Of a DNA stretch of 64,000 nt, positions 43,770 through 53,511 are shown one piece after another. The notes under the pieces are model-generated. The model did not search any database and was not told the DNA's origin. It saw only the letters and a program-made list of their open reading frames with translations. Numbering within the stretch: the first letter of the stretch is position 1; each line of letters opens with the position of its first letter. The stretch is from sequence record PQ471516.1; one strand, 5' to 3'. A program made the position numbers and the translations under genes.

Positions 43770-44210
43770 ATGAAAATGAACATTGTAAAATTTGTTGATT
43801 ATGTATTACAAAACAAAACATGGTCACTACACGATGTACAAGTAGAAGACGTTGGTGAAGTGCGTGTTTTTTGCTATGATCCAGAATTAGAAGAAACCAC
43901 TGATTTGAGTAAATGTTTTAATATTTTTATGGCTTATGAACTCAATAAGAAGTTTTATTCAATTGATATGTATTTGGAACGTTTTACATTTAGAATTTCT
44001 GAATATGATAATTTTAATGATAATTTTAATGATAATTATTACGATATCAGCATTGAATTTAATGTAGATGATATAAACACTGAAGAAAAATTCTTTCAGT
44101 ACTCACTAGTTAATGACACATTGGGCTTGACATTTGATGACGTTAAAGCTATACTTAAAGTTCAGAAATTGATTCCTGAAGATGTGCAAAATCCCTTACG
44201 TGAAGAATAA
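43770..44210 (+). CDS. EExFFQxS-motif family protein
   Basis: NTEEKFFQYSLVNDT. Confidence 0.8.
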   Translation: MKMNIVKFVDYVLQNKTWSLHDVQVEDVGEVRVFCYDPELEETTDLSKCFNIFMAYELNKKFYSIDMYLERFTFRISEYDNFNDNFNDNYYDISIEFNVDDINTEEKFFQYSLVNDTLGLTFDDVKAILKVQKLIPEDVQNPLREE

Positions 44211-44223
44211 TCTGGAGATATAA

Positions 44224-44418
44224 ATGTTTTTGAATTTACTAACTGTGTTTGGACGTACCTTACTATTAGCAGTAATTCATACACCTGGTATCACGAAGTT
44301 AGTTTCTTATAAGTTCAAAGAAGATTTACATAATGGTACTGAAAAGTATCTTCGTAAATTGAATAAAGATTTAGGTGTTAAAGAAACAACACCATTCAAG
44401 AAGTATAGTGACGATTAA
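44224..44418 (+). CDS. hypothetical protein
   Basis: GGAG SD. Confidence 0.7.
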   Translation: MFLNLLTVFGRTLLLAVIHTPGITKLVSYKFKEDLHNGTEKYLRKLNKDLGVKETTPFKKYSDD

Positions 44419-44457
44419 AATATATTACCGAATAATTCAGTACTGGATATGCTGTAC

Positions 44458-44589
44458 TGATAGCTTCTAGCCAGTACTGGATTCCTCCTTTTTCACTAGA
44501 AGCTGTCACTTATTCATACGTTTGTTACCCTCATAGCACTCGTTGTTTCAAAAGGTATCTTATTACCCCCCTCTCGTAAGATACTTGAA
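44458..44589 (+). ncRNA. putative sRNA with three C-rich hairpin loops
   Basis: Promoter-like TTACCG-17 nt-TATGCT (44425-44453), three hairpins, no ORF. Confidence 0.6.
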
Positions 44590-44597
44590 TTTAGTAG

Positions 44598-44627
44598 TTG
44601 ACTTTTCAACTTCTTATATGTTATACT
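44598..44627 (+). promoter_or_regulatory. sigma70 promoter
   Basis: TTGACT-18 nt-TATACT with extended -10. Confidence 0.65.
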
Positions 44628-44676
44628 TAGGCTGAATCAAATGATTCGGCCTTTTTCTTTTTTAGGAGTGCTTTTA

Positions 44677-45099
44677 ATGAATTTCAGTACTACAAAAGAA
44701 GCGATAGCACATGCAACAGTTTCTATGTGTAAAGCCATTGAGGATGGAAATTTTAACAAGGATATATACTACCAATTAAACGAACAGCAAGTTGATATTA
44801 ATTGTTATAATGAAAACGGTATGTGTACTTCATACGATAAAGCCAGTAATATCTTCTTTATGATCCGAGAGCTACCAAATGAACAATTATGTAAGTTCTA
44901 TGCCGAAATTGATATGTATAAGAACTATATTAATTTCCAATTCTTGGATATAGATCTATTTCGATTTGACATTACTTCTGATATGTTAAACCTAACAGAA
45001 GAAATGTTTTTCCAAATGAGCTTAGTTTTCGATTTTAAGTACTTCGAATATGAAACATTACGTAAGATATTTCACGTAGCGGGGACTCTACATGAATAA
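44677..45099 (+). CDS. EExFFQxS-motif family protein
   Basis: LTEEMFFQMSLVFDF; ATG 44677 with AGGAG SD. Confidence 0.8.
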   Translation: MNFSTTKEAIAHATVSMCKAIEDGNFNKDIYYQLNEQQVDINCYNENGMCTSYDKASNIFFMIRELPNEQLCKFYAEIDMYKNYINFQFLDIDLFRFDITSDMLNLTEEMFFQMSLVFDFKYFEYETLRKIFHVAGTLHE

Positions 45100-45511
45100 T
45101 AAGATTCTCAAGAAAATTTTAGATAGGACTGATATCTTCATTAAAGGTAGTGATGAAAATTACAACGTTCTGCATGATGGTGATATCGATACTCACATCT
45201 CATCTTATCTAAACAACTACCGTTGTAGTGTAAGTCATTGCAATAATATAGTTTTCGTAACATCATCTGAAACATTAGGATCTGTTGGTTGGATTGACAT
45301 TTTGGAGGATGGATTCACTTATGAAAATGAAGTTCGAGATTACACACTTGAATTTTACGACATTCAGGACTATAATTTAACAGAAGATGTGTACTTCCAG
45401 ATGAGTACTGTCTATGATTTTGATATCATCGAATTTGAAGATTTGAAGAGAATCTTTAAGATTTGTGATTTTTTAAAAGGGAACCGAAATGAATCGACAA
45501 TCTTTGCCTAA
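45092..45511 (+). CDS. EExFFQxS-motif family protein
   Basis: LTEDVYFQMSTVYDF. Confidence 0.8.
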   Translation: MNNKILKKILDRTDIFIKGSDENYNVLHDGDIDTHISSYLNNYRCSVSHCNNIVFVTSSETLGSVGWIDILEDGFTYENEVRDYTLEFYDIQDYNLTEDVYFQMSTVYDFDIIEFEDLKRIFKICDFLKGNRNESTIFA

Positions 45512-45932
45512 AGAGCATGAGGACAACATCCTAAAGCGTTTGGATGAAATCACCAACACCCCATTAAGTGTTCTGGAAGCTAACTACGATGCCAAATTCA
45601 AGCAGTTCTTGGTCAACAATAGTGAATGGTGGTACAGTACTCCAGCATTGGTTTGTGCTGTTAATGTAGGCGTAGGTGATTATGAGTATGCTATTCACTA
45701 TAACCAGAAGAATATAAGCATCATTGTTGATGAAATTGCAGAGTCTGATAAATGGCGAGATGATAACAGTATCTTAAGTATGGCATTGAATTACAAAAAT
45801 GATTCTGAATACTTTCAAGATAGTACTATCAAAGAGATTGAAGTATCTTATAAAGTAATAGAAAAGATGCGTGAATTTTGTTTGTACATACTAAAAGTGA
45901 CAGAGGATCTCCAATGCAAGCATCCGAGATGA
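45489..45932 (+). CDS. EExFFQxS-motif family protein
   Basis: KNDSEYFQDSTIKEI. Confidence 0.75.
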   Translation: MNRQSLPKEHEDNILKRLDEITNTPLSVLEANYDAKFKQFLVNNSEWWYSTPALVCAVNVGVGDYEYAIHYNQKNISIIVDEIAESDKWRDDNSILSMALNYKNDSEYFQDSTIKEIEVSYKVIEKMREFCLYILKVTEDLQCKHPR

Positions 45933-46348
45933 GAAAACTGATTGAGAAAGAACATGGTAGTGTTGATAATTTGGCTACAAAGATCATTGAAAGCCTTAAA
46001 TTTGATGAATACCATAAGAGACTTGCACACAATGTTATTGGTGTTTCAAAAAGAGCCACCATTCTATATTTTCCTCGTTTACAAGAATATAACTTAGAAT
46101 CAAACACAGATGGAACATTCTTTCAGGTGTACCGAAAAGAAGGTGAAGACCGTGTAAGAATGTCATTACAACTTCCCGCCTCTTACACATACAGAGTTAA
46201 TGATATTGAAGAGTCATACAAGACTGAAGAAGAATTCTTTCAGGTTAGTTTGTTTCATGACTTGATCTTTTCTTATGAGTTCTTTAAAGAAGTCGAGTAC
46301 TTGTTTAACTTGGCTGCCGAAAAACTGAAAAAAGATATGGAAAATTGA
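45914..46348 (+). CDS. EExFFQxS-motif family protein
   Basis: KTEEEFFQVSLFHDL; ATG 45914 with GAGGA SD. Confidence 0.8.
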   Translation: MQASEMRKLIEKEHGSVDNLATKIIESLKFDEYHKRLAHNVIGVSKRATILYFPRLQEYNLESNTDGTFFQVYRKEGEDRVRMSLQLPASYTYRVNDIEESYKTEEEFFQVSLFHDLIFSYEFFKEVEYLFNLAAEKLKKDMEN

Positions 46349-46349
46349 G

Positions 46350-46757
46350 ATGTTTTGTCTAACTGATGATATAATTAAAGAAGTTGTAGATATACTGAAG
46401 AACCCTGGTACATTCACTAAATCCACTGAATTGATTACTGAATTTCGTGATGGGTGCTCTTATTACACAAACAATAACAGTACATGCGTGAGTCTTAACC
46501 TATCGGATGGTACTGGAGCGTTAATGCACCGTTACAGTACTCCGTTAGATGGTGTACAATTTTCTTTTTCATTGATTGATAAAGAGTACAGTCTATTCTG
46601 TGATGATTATGAGAGTCTCAATGACCTGTATCTTGATTCTAAAATGTACTTCTCCGAAGAAGAACACTTCATGGATAGTACAGTAGAAAATCTAACAATT
46701 CCTTACACTATTATGGAAGAATTCAATACATTTTGCAGGAACTACGCAAATGCATGA
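46350..46757 (+). CDS. EExFFQxS-motif family protein
   Basis: FSEEEHFMDSTVENL. Confidence 0.8.
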   Translation: MFCLTDDIIKEVVDILKNPGTFTKSTELITEFRDGCSYYTNNNSTCVSLNLSDGTGALMHRYSTPLDGVQFSFSLIDKEYSLFCDDYESLNDLYLDSKMYFSEEEHFMDSTVENLTIPYTIMEEFNTFCRNYANA

Positions 46758-47217
46758 TTTATATGAAGATATTAATGATGTTATTGATGTAGCACTATGG
46801 ACTGTTTTCGAATACAGAACAGAAAACAAACACTGGTCTAATTGGTATACTAATGATAACCAAAAACTACTGCTAGGTCATGGTAATACCGTTGAGTGTC
46901 TTGCATTCACTCGTCATGGGGCAAGTGATGATATAAGGGATTGTTTTAATATACAAATATCACTACTTGGTCAAGGTGTGTTGTATAAGATTGATGTTTA
47001 TCATGATCGTTTATTTGTAGTGTCTGGTAGTGCTACCCGCATTGTATTAGGTTATGACATGAACCCAAGTGAAGCGGATTTGTTTATTGGTGATTTCGAT
47101 AAAGACATTGATTGTGCAAGATACTTTCAATTAAGTACTTTGTATAGTTTATGTAATATTAGTCATCGTGGATTAAAGAAGTTACAGAGTATTGCACGAA
47201 ATTTAAATTCTGAATAA
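46750..47217 (+). CDS. EExFFQxS-motif family protein
   Basis: DCARYFQLSTLYSL. Confidence 0.7.
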   Translation: MHDLYEDINDVIDVALWTVFEYRTENKHWSNWYTNDNQKLLLGHGNTVECLAFTRHGASDDIRDCFNIQISLLGQGVLYKIDVYHDRLFVVSGSATRIVLGYDMNPSEADLFIGDFDKDIDCARYFQLSTLYSLCNISHRGLKKLQSIARNLNSE

Positions 47218-47229
47218 CAGGAGAATATT

Positions 47230-47676
47230 ATGAGTTTTAATGGTAACATTGCAAAAGTACTTATTGTGTTTGAAAACTGTGAGTCCTTTTATGTTGAACA
47301 AAAAGACATTCTATGGATGCACATTGGTGATATTAAAACTAAAGTGTTTCGCTATTCTAATGTACTTAGTATCGAAAATGTAGCTGGACAGTTTGGAATT
47401 GCACTACGCAAAGAAATTGAAACCGAATTTTGGGGAAATCAAACATTACTTAATCGTTTGGATATGCGTGATGTTACTAACATTACTCTATATGACGTTA
47501 ACAATGAGAGCGTCTCTTATGTTGTTGAATGGGCTGATTATAGCGATCAACAAACGTCAATCAATCAACGTACTTTCGTGACCCCCGCTGGTAATGTTGT
47601 ATTCGTCAGTACTACATCTTCTTTAGTGGATGTTGATGTTGAACATATTGATTTAAACGCTAAGTACATGTCTTGA
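47230..47676 (+). CDS. hypothetical protein
   Basis: AGGAG SD. Confidence 0.75.
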   Translation: MSFNGNIAKVLIVFENCESFYVEQKDILWMHIGDIKTKVFRYSNVLSIENVAGQFGIALRKEIETEFWGNQTLLNRLDMRDVTNITLYDVNNESVSYVVEWADYSDQQTSINQRTFVTPAGNVVFVSTTSSLVDVDVEHIDLNAKYMS

Positions 47677-47712
47677 CAACAGTATGTGCACGCTGTATAA
47701 TGTGCACATATT
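47673..47712 (+). promoter_or_regulatory. sigma70 promoter with -10 in a hairpin loop
   Basis: TTGACA-17 nt-TATAAT; AGTATGTGCAC/GTGCACATATT. Confidence 0.8.
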
Positions 47713-47732
47713 AACTTAATGGGTATTTAAAA

Positions 47733-48161
47733 ATGAGTACAGTAAAAATCAATGTACACTTTCTTGATTCATGGAAAGATGTTTGTACTGGTGTTAGTGA
47801 AGTAGAATACAGTACTGAAACTATCCACGCCGAAGATACATGGCAAGCTGAATCACAGTTAGAAAAACTCAAAGAAACAGTAGGAACATCAGTTTCTGCT
47901 GGTACTGAACATACGCGTAAAATCATTGGTATTGATGAAATTGCACAGGTTCAGGTATTCTTGACGAACGAACAAATGATGAAGTTCATTCTTGACAACA
48001 ATGTGGAACTTGCATTGGATGGTTCAGTATGGCAGAAAACTGACGGTACAAAAGTACGAGTGAAGTACCGTGTTACCATCAATGGGACTGCGATGTGTGG
48101 CATGGATTTGGAAGATGCAATCAATTACTACGTAAACAACATAAGAGGGAAAAAATGCTAA
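47733..48161 (+). CDS. hypothetical protein
   Basis: ORF after promoter. Confidence 0.75.
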   Translation: MSTVKINVHFLDSWKDVCTGVSEVEYSTETIHAEDTWQAESQLEKLKETVGTSVSAGTEHTRKIIGIDEIAQVQVFLTNEQMMKFILDNNVELALDGSVWQKTDGTKVRVKYRVTINGTAMCGMDLEDAINYYVNNIRGKKC

Positions 48162-48517
48162 CAGTTATATTGTGTACCTTGATGTGTTGTGTTACAATTA
48201 TCATATGCCGATTGATCAATAACGCCTCTTTGGAAAAAGCATTTGAGCATGAGAGAAATCTTAAAGAGTTGGAGAATCCAACACCATTTAAGAAACAAAA
48301 GTCTCCATATTCATTACGTAGGGTGTTGCATTCCAAATCAAAAAAATGGGGATATTGTCTTTTGGAGGGTGGTGGCATCTACACATCAGTTGATGGATAC
48401 TACGAAGTGAATTATGATATCAAAGACGCAATTGAGCTTTTGTGGACTATGGAGGATTTAGGTAATTATGAGCGTACTAAGTTTGAATTCTTACAAGATG
48501 ATCCAGGAACTTCATGA
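48155..48517 (+). CDS. membrane-anchored hypothetical protein
   Basis: Start moved to ATG 48155 (GAGGG SD); N-terminal TM. Confidence 0.7.
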   Translation: MLTVILCTLMCCVTIIICRLINNASLEKAFEHERNLKELENPTPFKKQKSPYSLRRVLHSKSKKWGYCLLEGGGIYTSVDGYYEVNYDIKDAIELLWTMEDLGNYERTKFEFLQDDPGTS

Positions 48518-48668
48518 AAAACATGCTATAATTGTAGATGTAGAAAAGCAGGAAGTTGTGATGAAGAAGCAAGCCTATCAGATTCTGGATAACTTCCGCT
48601 CTAAAGCATTCATCATGAAGTTGTGTGCTGACGAGCATTTAGTAGGAAGATTTTTATACAAGGAGTAA
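48468..48668 (+). CDS. hypothetical protein
   Basis: Small ORF, start uncertain. Confidence 0.55.
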   Translation: MSVLSLNSYKMIQELHEKHAIIVDVEKQEVVMKKQAYQILDNFRSKAFIMKLCADEHLVGRFLYKE

Positions 48669-48674
48669 CACAAC

Positions 48675-49016
48675 ATGAACATGAGTAAAACTATTCAGTT
48701 CTTGAGTTCAAATTTCAGCAAAATTATCACCAGAGGTGGAATGATTGTCCACCCTGAAACTGATGAAATGTATATTATCCGTTTTGATGCAAGTTCTTAT
48801 GATCAAGTACTTGTGGTTTCTAAGATGGTAGGGTATAATGAAGTCATTCAATTCTGTTGTACAGAATTTGGAATCTACATTAAAGATTCGGATACTAACA
48901 CAATTTCACATTATTTTTATCACACGTTGATGGGTACTAAAGACTTTGGTCTTAAATTCGATGATTTAGTACAATGTCACTATATGTTCAAAACCTACCC
49001 AGCATCTGGGAACTAA
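48675..49016 (+). CDS. hypothetical protein (possible diverged EExFFQxS member)
   Basis: C-terminal DFGLKFDDL resembles the family tail DTLGLTFDDV. Confidence 0.6.
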   Translation: MNMSKTIQFLSSNFSKIITRGGMIVHPETDEMYIIRFDASSYDQVLVVSKMVGYNEVIQFCCTEFGIYIKDSDTNTISHYFYHTLMGTKDFGLKFDDLVQCHYMFKTYPASGN

Positions 49017-49028
49017 GGAGTTACAAAT

Positions 49029-49877
49029 ATGTCTAACATTTTCTTCAAATCCGTTTCTTTCAATAAAGCTGCTTACTCTTACTCTTATGTAGAAGGACGA
49101 GTACTGAACATTGTTGTTGATGGTGTACCACTATCTGTCCATTTTCAATCAAACGCTGAAGCCATTGACGGACTAAAAGAACTTACTGACCTTTTGAATG
49201 GCGAACGTGCGACCAATCAAGACACAGTGAAAACAAATCCACTTGACGACCTCGTTAACAAAATGAAAAGTGGTAAAGTACTGAATATCTTGAACGAATG
49301 CAATGAAAAACTAAGCGGTGTTCTGGAACGTACAAAAGACACTGTAAGTGATAAAGTAAGTGATGCAGCTTACCGTCACATTACCAGTGCAATTGAAGAA
49401 CGTGCACGTCAACTATTCACTGACGTTGAAGACCGTCTTAAAGATTTAAAAGATAATCTACCTGATATTGAAGACGTTCTTAACCAGGCATTCAGCACTG
49501 AAGAACAACCAAAACAAGAGCAGGAACAACCTAAACCAAAACCAACTGTTAAGACTAAACGTAGCTTCGGTACAGTTGAAGATGTATTTGGTTTTGAAGT
49601 AACTTCAACTAAAGAAGTTAAGAAAGAAGCAGTAGATACTTCTGAAGTTCTAATTGGTGATATGCGTCCATCTGAACTACGTGCAGCAATCGATGTATTT
49701 GTAAATGATATTACCAGTACTGAACGTGCACAATCCATGTTCAATAGTATCATTTCTAACTTCGATAAAGAAACTGCCGATGAAGCGATGCAAGCATTCA
49801 AAGAACTAATCTACAATGTTGCAATCCAACATGAAGATAAAACACTAGAACAAGTTCTACGTGAAAACTTCCAATAA
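49029..49877 (+). CDS. hypothetical helical protein
   Basis: AGGAG SD; 282 aa. Confidence 0.8.
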   Translation: MSNIFFKSVSFNKAAYSYSYVEGRVLNIVVDGVPLSVHFQSNAEAIDGLKELTDLLNGERATNQDTVKTNPLDDLVNKMKSGKVLNILNECNEKLSGVLERTKDTVSDKVSDAAYRHITSAIEERARQLFTDVEDRLKDLKDNLPDIEDVLNQAFSTEEQPKQEQEQPKPKPTVKTKRSFGTVEDVFGFEVTSTKEVKKEAVDTSEVLIGDMRPSELRAAIDVFVNDITSTERAQSMFNSIISNFDKETADEAMQAFKELIYNVAIQHEDKTLEQVLRENFQ

Positions 49878-49886
49878 TTGAAAAAG

Positions 49887-49914
49887 AAAAAGCCTCCATA
49901 TGGAGGCTTTTTTA
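49887..49914. terminator. bidirectional terminator
   Basis: AAAAAGCCTCCA/TGGAGGCTTTTT between convergent genes. Confidence 0.8.
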
Positions 49915-51072
49915 TTATGCAGTATAACCAACAATGACGATGGATGAATCAAACGGCTCTACAGATCGTACTGTAACGTTGTCATCAGCATCTAGTTCAA
50001 TCTCACATAGTACTGTATGATTCATATCATCATATACTTGTACTTGTGGATATAACTTACCATGTGTTGCTTTAGGTACACTTAGTGTGTACATCATTTC
50101 AGAATCAACTACCCAATCACTTGAAAGTATTTCATCGAAGTAAGGTGTAGTCTGGATTGTTTTACCAATTACGCTCAACGAGATTGGTTCATTATCACTT
50201 TGATATACAGTGATATTACCACTTGCATCTACATTGATATCAACACCAATGAGAAAATCATTTGCGTTGTAAGCTTGTAGTACTAGATGATCCCCACGGT
50301 CATGAACGACTTCAGGTAGTACCGCTTTATATAGCCCGTCACTTACGAAATCAAACTGTGAAAGTGCGATATTCGTCACAAATCCAATATCCTCACCTGA
50401 TTCCAACACGTCAAACTCAACTGTTTTAGTATTGTATATATCGGAAGTAAGTATTACAGTTCCCTTACCTTGTTGTGTAATAGCATCAACCGGAATGCTA
50501 AACACGTCATCGATAATTTCAGTAGTAAAGTATTCAGTACCGTCAGGTAGGATTACTGTGATTTTCATACCAGTAGTATCAATCACTTCACCTGCGTTAA
50601 ACAAGCGACCACCAACCAAATCGTCACCAACAAACACTGGGAACATAATAATGTTATCAATGTCATGGTCTACAATCCCACATTCAGGGACGTACATATC
50701 ATAAAGAGTGGTTGAGCTACCTAGAATTGTTTTATGTAAGAGGAACTTATACACGAACCCGTTTGGGTCAGTACTAAGATTTTGTTCAGTATGGCCTCGA
50801 ATGAAGAAAGAGTTTTTCTTAATTTCACTGAGTAGTTGATCATTGGTTTTATTGTAGTTAAGCTGATACCCATTCGTATCAGTTGTTGTTAGTTGTACTT
50901 TGCGATAGATAACGTTAGTTTTTGGATCTAGAATATCGTATAGTCTGTGGCTTCGTTGACGATAGATTCTCATGTTCTTGAGCTTCGTACCATCTTGTAA
51001 ATACACACCATCAACAATATACCCACATTCACCAAACTTATAACGTCCAGCAGCAGCAATTGACCTTGACAT
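49915..51072 (-). CDS. putative structural/tail-associated protein (minus strand)
   Basis: The track translation matches the reverse complement (TTA at 49915-49917, CAT at 51070-51072, GGAG SD); two C-terminal HG..L.VQVYD beta repeats; TAAATA on the minus strand at 51104-51109. Confidence 0.75.
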   Translation of the reverse strand: MSRSIAAAGRYKFGECGYIVDGVYLQDGTKLKNMRIYRQRSHRLYDILDPKTNVIYRKVQLTTTDTNGYQLNYNKTNDQLLSEIKKNSFFIRGHTEQNLSTDPNGFVYKFLLHKTILGSSTTLYDMYVPECGIVDHDIDNIIMFPVFVGDDLVGGRLFNAGEVIDTTGMKITVILPDGTEYFTTEIIDDVFSIPVDAITQQGKGTVILTSDIYNTKTVEFDVLESGEDIGFVTNIALSQFDFVSDGLYKAVLPEVVHDRGDHLVLQAYNANDFLIGVDINVDASGNITVYQSDNEPISLSVIGKTIQTTPYFDEILSSDWVVDSEMMYTLSVPKATHGKLYPQVQVYDDMNHTVLCEIELDADDNVTVRSVEPFDSSIVIVGYTA

Positions 51073-51188
51073 TACTCCCTCCATTGGTATAATAATTATA
51101 ACGTATTTATTCCAGTTCATAAAAAATAGCACTTGACCACTAGTGATATTTGTTGTATTATTACGTGGAATATTGATAAGGGGATACC

Positions 51189-51773
51189 ATGAGTGTTTTA
51201 GAAAAACGTCTAGTAATCAGAGACAACAAAATGATTGTTAAGCTAAACAAAGATGAGGCTGATTCTTTTCTGGCTAAGGCCATTGAGAAATCAGAGAGAT
51301 ACAAAGTACTAGCACCGGATAACAAATCTCCATATGGTTTTAACCACATACATGGTCACTTTGTTGGTATGGTATGTGAGCACGCGTCATTCGTTCTTTT
51401 TAATGAAATCGAAAATTCAACGGGTATCAAACTCAACATTGACCCTGCATTCCAAAGTGATGGTCGTGATGGTGAATGTGATATTCTTGTTAACAACCTA
51501 CGTATTGAAGTAAAAGGTATTAAGTACAAATCATGGAAAGACTTCGGTCCATGTGTTAGTACTCGACAATTGAAAAATATTCAGAAAAAAGCTGACGTGG
51601 TTCTATGGGTATTGTATAATGAGAAAAAGCAGGAGTTCTCATTTGAAGGGTTCAACTACGTCAAGGACATTAGTTCAGTACCCGTAGTATTGACAGGTGC
51701 ACCAGGCCGTGTTATGATTGAGAACCATCCAGTACTAAGTATCATTAAACCATTACAGGAGCTACCACTATGA
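51189..51773 (+). CDS. PD-(D/E)XK-like nuclease
   Basis: G..CEHA...CDIL...IEVKG. Confidence 0.55.
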   Translation: MSVLEKRLVIRDNKMIVKLNKDEADSFLAKAIEKSERYKVLAPDNKSPYGFNHIHGHFVGMVCEHASFVLFNEIENSTGIKLNIDPAFQSDGRDGECDILVNNLRIEVKGIKYKSWKDFGPCVSTRQLKNIQKKADVVLWVLYNEKKQEFSFEGFNYVKDISSVPVVLTGAPGRVMIENHPVLSIIKPLQELPL

Positions 51774-52000
51774 TTTGTGCAAACGTTTTTCAGGATACTG
51801 GTGACGAGTACAATACTAAACTTGGGTTTTTATCGTTCCCTGTTCTACCACCCATCGGTGCAACATTAAATCTCACGATTAACGGACATGAAACTTATTT
51901 TAAAGTTATTGATATTGAGTACTGTGCTAAGTTGTACGAACGTATTCACGAATTGGCAATCCCAGTAGATATTGATATCATTGTTAAAGAGGATATTTAA
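51770..52000 (+). CDS. hypothetical protein
   Basis: GGAG SD. Confidence 0.7.
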   Translation: MICANVFQDTGDEYNTKLGFLSFPVLPPIGATLNLTINGHETYFKVIDIEYCAKLYERIHELAIPVDIDIIVKEDI

Positions 52001-52510
52001 ATGTTTAAAAACTTTCTAGCTATTGCAGCAGTTGTTTTTCTGGTGAGTGCAGTTAGTAATCCTGTTTATGCTTCAGTTACTGAAGACACTACACCTACGC
52101 AGAAGATTAAAACTATCGGTACTGGAAAACAGCCACCTAAACGCAGTGCTGATGAGTATATCCCTGAGATGAGGGAGAACGCCAGACAGACTCGTGCTTT
52201 GCGTCAGAGCCGCGAAGATGCGTTATTCAGCCCTGAACAGCAACGTCTTCGTAAAAGCAAAGGTCATAAGTGGGATGTTGTGAAATCTCCATCATTCTGT
52301 GCGGGATATGCAAAAGTGAAGATGGAACAACACAATAACCAGTACTACCAGGATATGATTACATTCTATGATTCACGTATCTCTGATACAGATATGATGT
52401 CGGGGACTGTAGATCGTGAAGAGTTCCTTGCTGGCTATGACATGATTGATGATAACAAAATCATGGAATGCGTTGAAGTATATGAGAAGTACAGAGGATT
52501 TGACGAATGA
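52001..52510 (+). CDS. secreted hypothetical protein
   Basis: Signal peptide ending VYA. Confidence 0.7.
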   Translation: MFKNFLAIAAVVFLVSAVSNPVYASVTEDTTPTQKIKTIGTGKQPPKRSADEYIPEMRENARQTRALRQSREDALFSPEQQRLRKSKGHKWDVVKSPSFCAGYAKVKMEQHNNQYYQDMITFYDSRISDTDMMSGTVDREEFLAGYDMIDDNKIMECVEVYEKYRGFDE

Positions 52511-52971
52511 TTTATCTCGTATTACTATTTTCACCTTTAATATTCTTTGTTGTGTACAATATTATTATTGACACACGAAACTTCAAGTACACAGTAATTA
52601 TCTGTAAGAATGAGGGATGGTCTAACTTCCTTAGAGTTCTTTGGGAATCTTACTTCATTGATAAAAGATTCGTGAGGTGTCCTGAATTTGACAAGTGGGA
52701 GTATAGTAACGCTAAACTATCATCTATTGAGTACATACTTAGACATTACTTGAGTTCAACTAAAGGTGTTACATTCGAGAAAGCATACCCTTATGATAGG
52801 TCGTATGTAAAATATCGTTTGGAATATCAAGATAAACTTGTTAAACTAGAGATGTACCACAAGGGTGTGTTTTGCTATGTATTTGACTATCTGGTGATCC
52901 CACCTTACCATGCACGATTGATTGAAGCAGCAATTAAAAAGAATGATAAAAATATTCTTGACATACTTTGA
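52507..52971 (+). CDS. membrane-anchored hypothetical protein
   Basis: N-terminal TM. Confidence 0.7.
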   Translation: MIYLVLLFSPLIFFVVYNIIIDTRNFKYTVIICKNEGWSNFLRVLWESYFIDKRFVRCPEFDKWEYSNAKLSSIEYILRHYLSSTKGVTFEKAYPYDRSYVKYRLEYQDKLVKLEMYHKGVFCYVFDYLVIPPYHARLIEAAIKKNDKNILDIL

Positions 52972-53019
52972 ATAACCCAGTATACTAATCTCATAACGTA
53001 ATCACTAGAGGATATAAAG

Positions 53020-53511
53020 ATGGACGTATTAGCTACCCAATTCAAACGTAATGCAGAACTTCGTGAAGGTTACATGAGTATTAGTGAAGTTGTTGAGAAC
53101 AATTTTAAACAATACATCTTTAACTCGGCTATCAAGATTAAGCCTACTAAAGAATCACCAGACCGTAGCTTTACCAAATGGATCGCTTACTGGGAAGAAT
53201 CCCCGATTGCAATCGAGATGACTGTAATTACTACAGTACTAGAAACTGGTTACGTTAAAGCAACCATCGTTGATAAGAAGGTGCGTACATTAGAAGAAGT
53301 GGGTGAGTATCCTGCACGTAACTCTAAAGTATTTGGCTATCTGATTGATTCTAAGTTTAAACTAGAAAAAGATGCCCGTGCATATGTGATGGATAAAGTA
53401 CAGCAACTTTCTGAAACACAACAACAACAATCACCTGCACCTGTTTCAAAAAGCGAAGCTGTGGACCAAGCAGCGATTGAACAAATCAAAAAGGCATGGG
53501 GTCTGAAATAA
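53020..53511 (+). CDS. hypothetical protein
   Basis: Promoter TTGACA...TATACT upstream; GAGGA SD. Confidence 0.8.
   Translation: MDVLATQFKRNAELREGYMSISEVVENNFKQYIFNSAIKIKPTKESPDRSFTKWIAYWEESPIAIEMTVITTVLETGYVKATIVDKKVRTLEEVGEYPARNSKVFGYLIDSKFKLEKDARAYVMDKVQQLSETQQQQSPAPVSKSEAVDQAAIEQIKKAWGLK

Noticed and set aside
50432-50704. + strand 90-aa ORF
   Set aside because: Antisense shadow of the minus-strand gene; no SD
49915-51132. ORF-track entry on the + strand starting at 51132/49915
   Set aside because: The translation matches the reverse complement; the real gene is on the minus strand with a likely start at 51072
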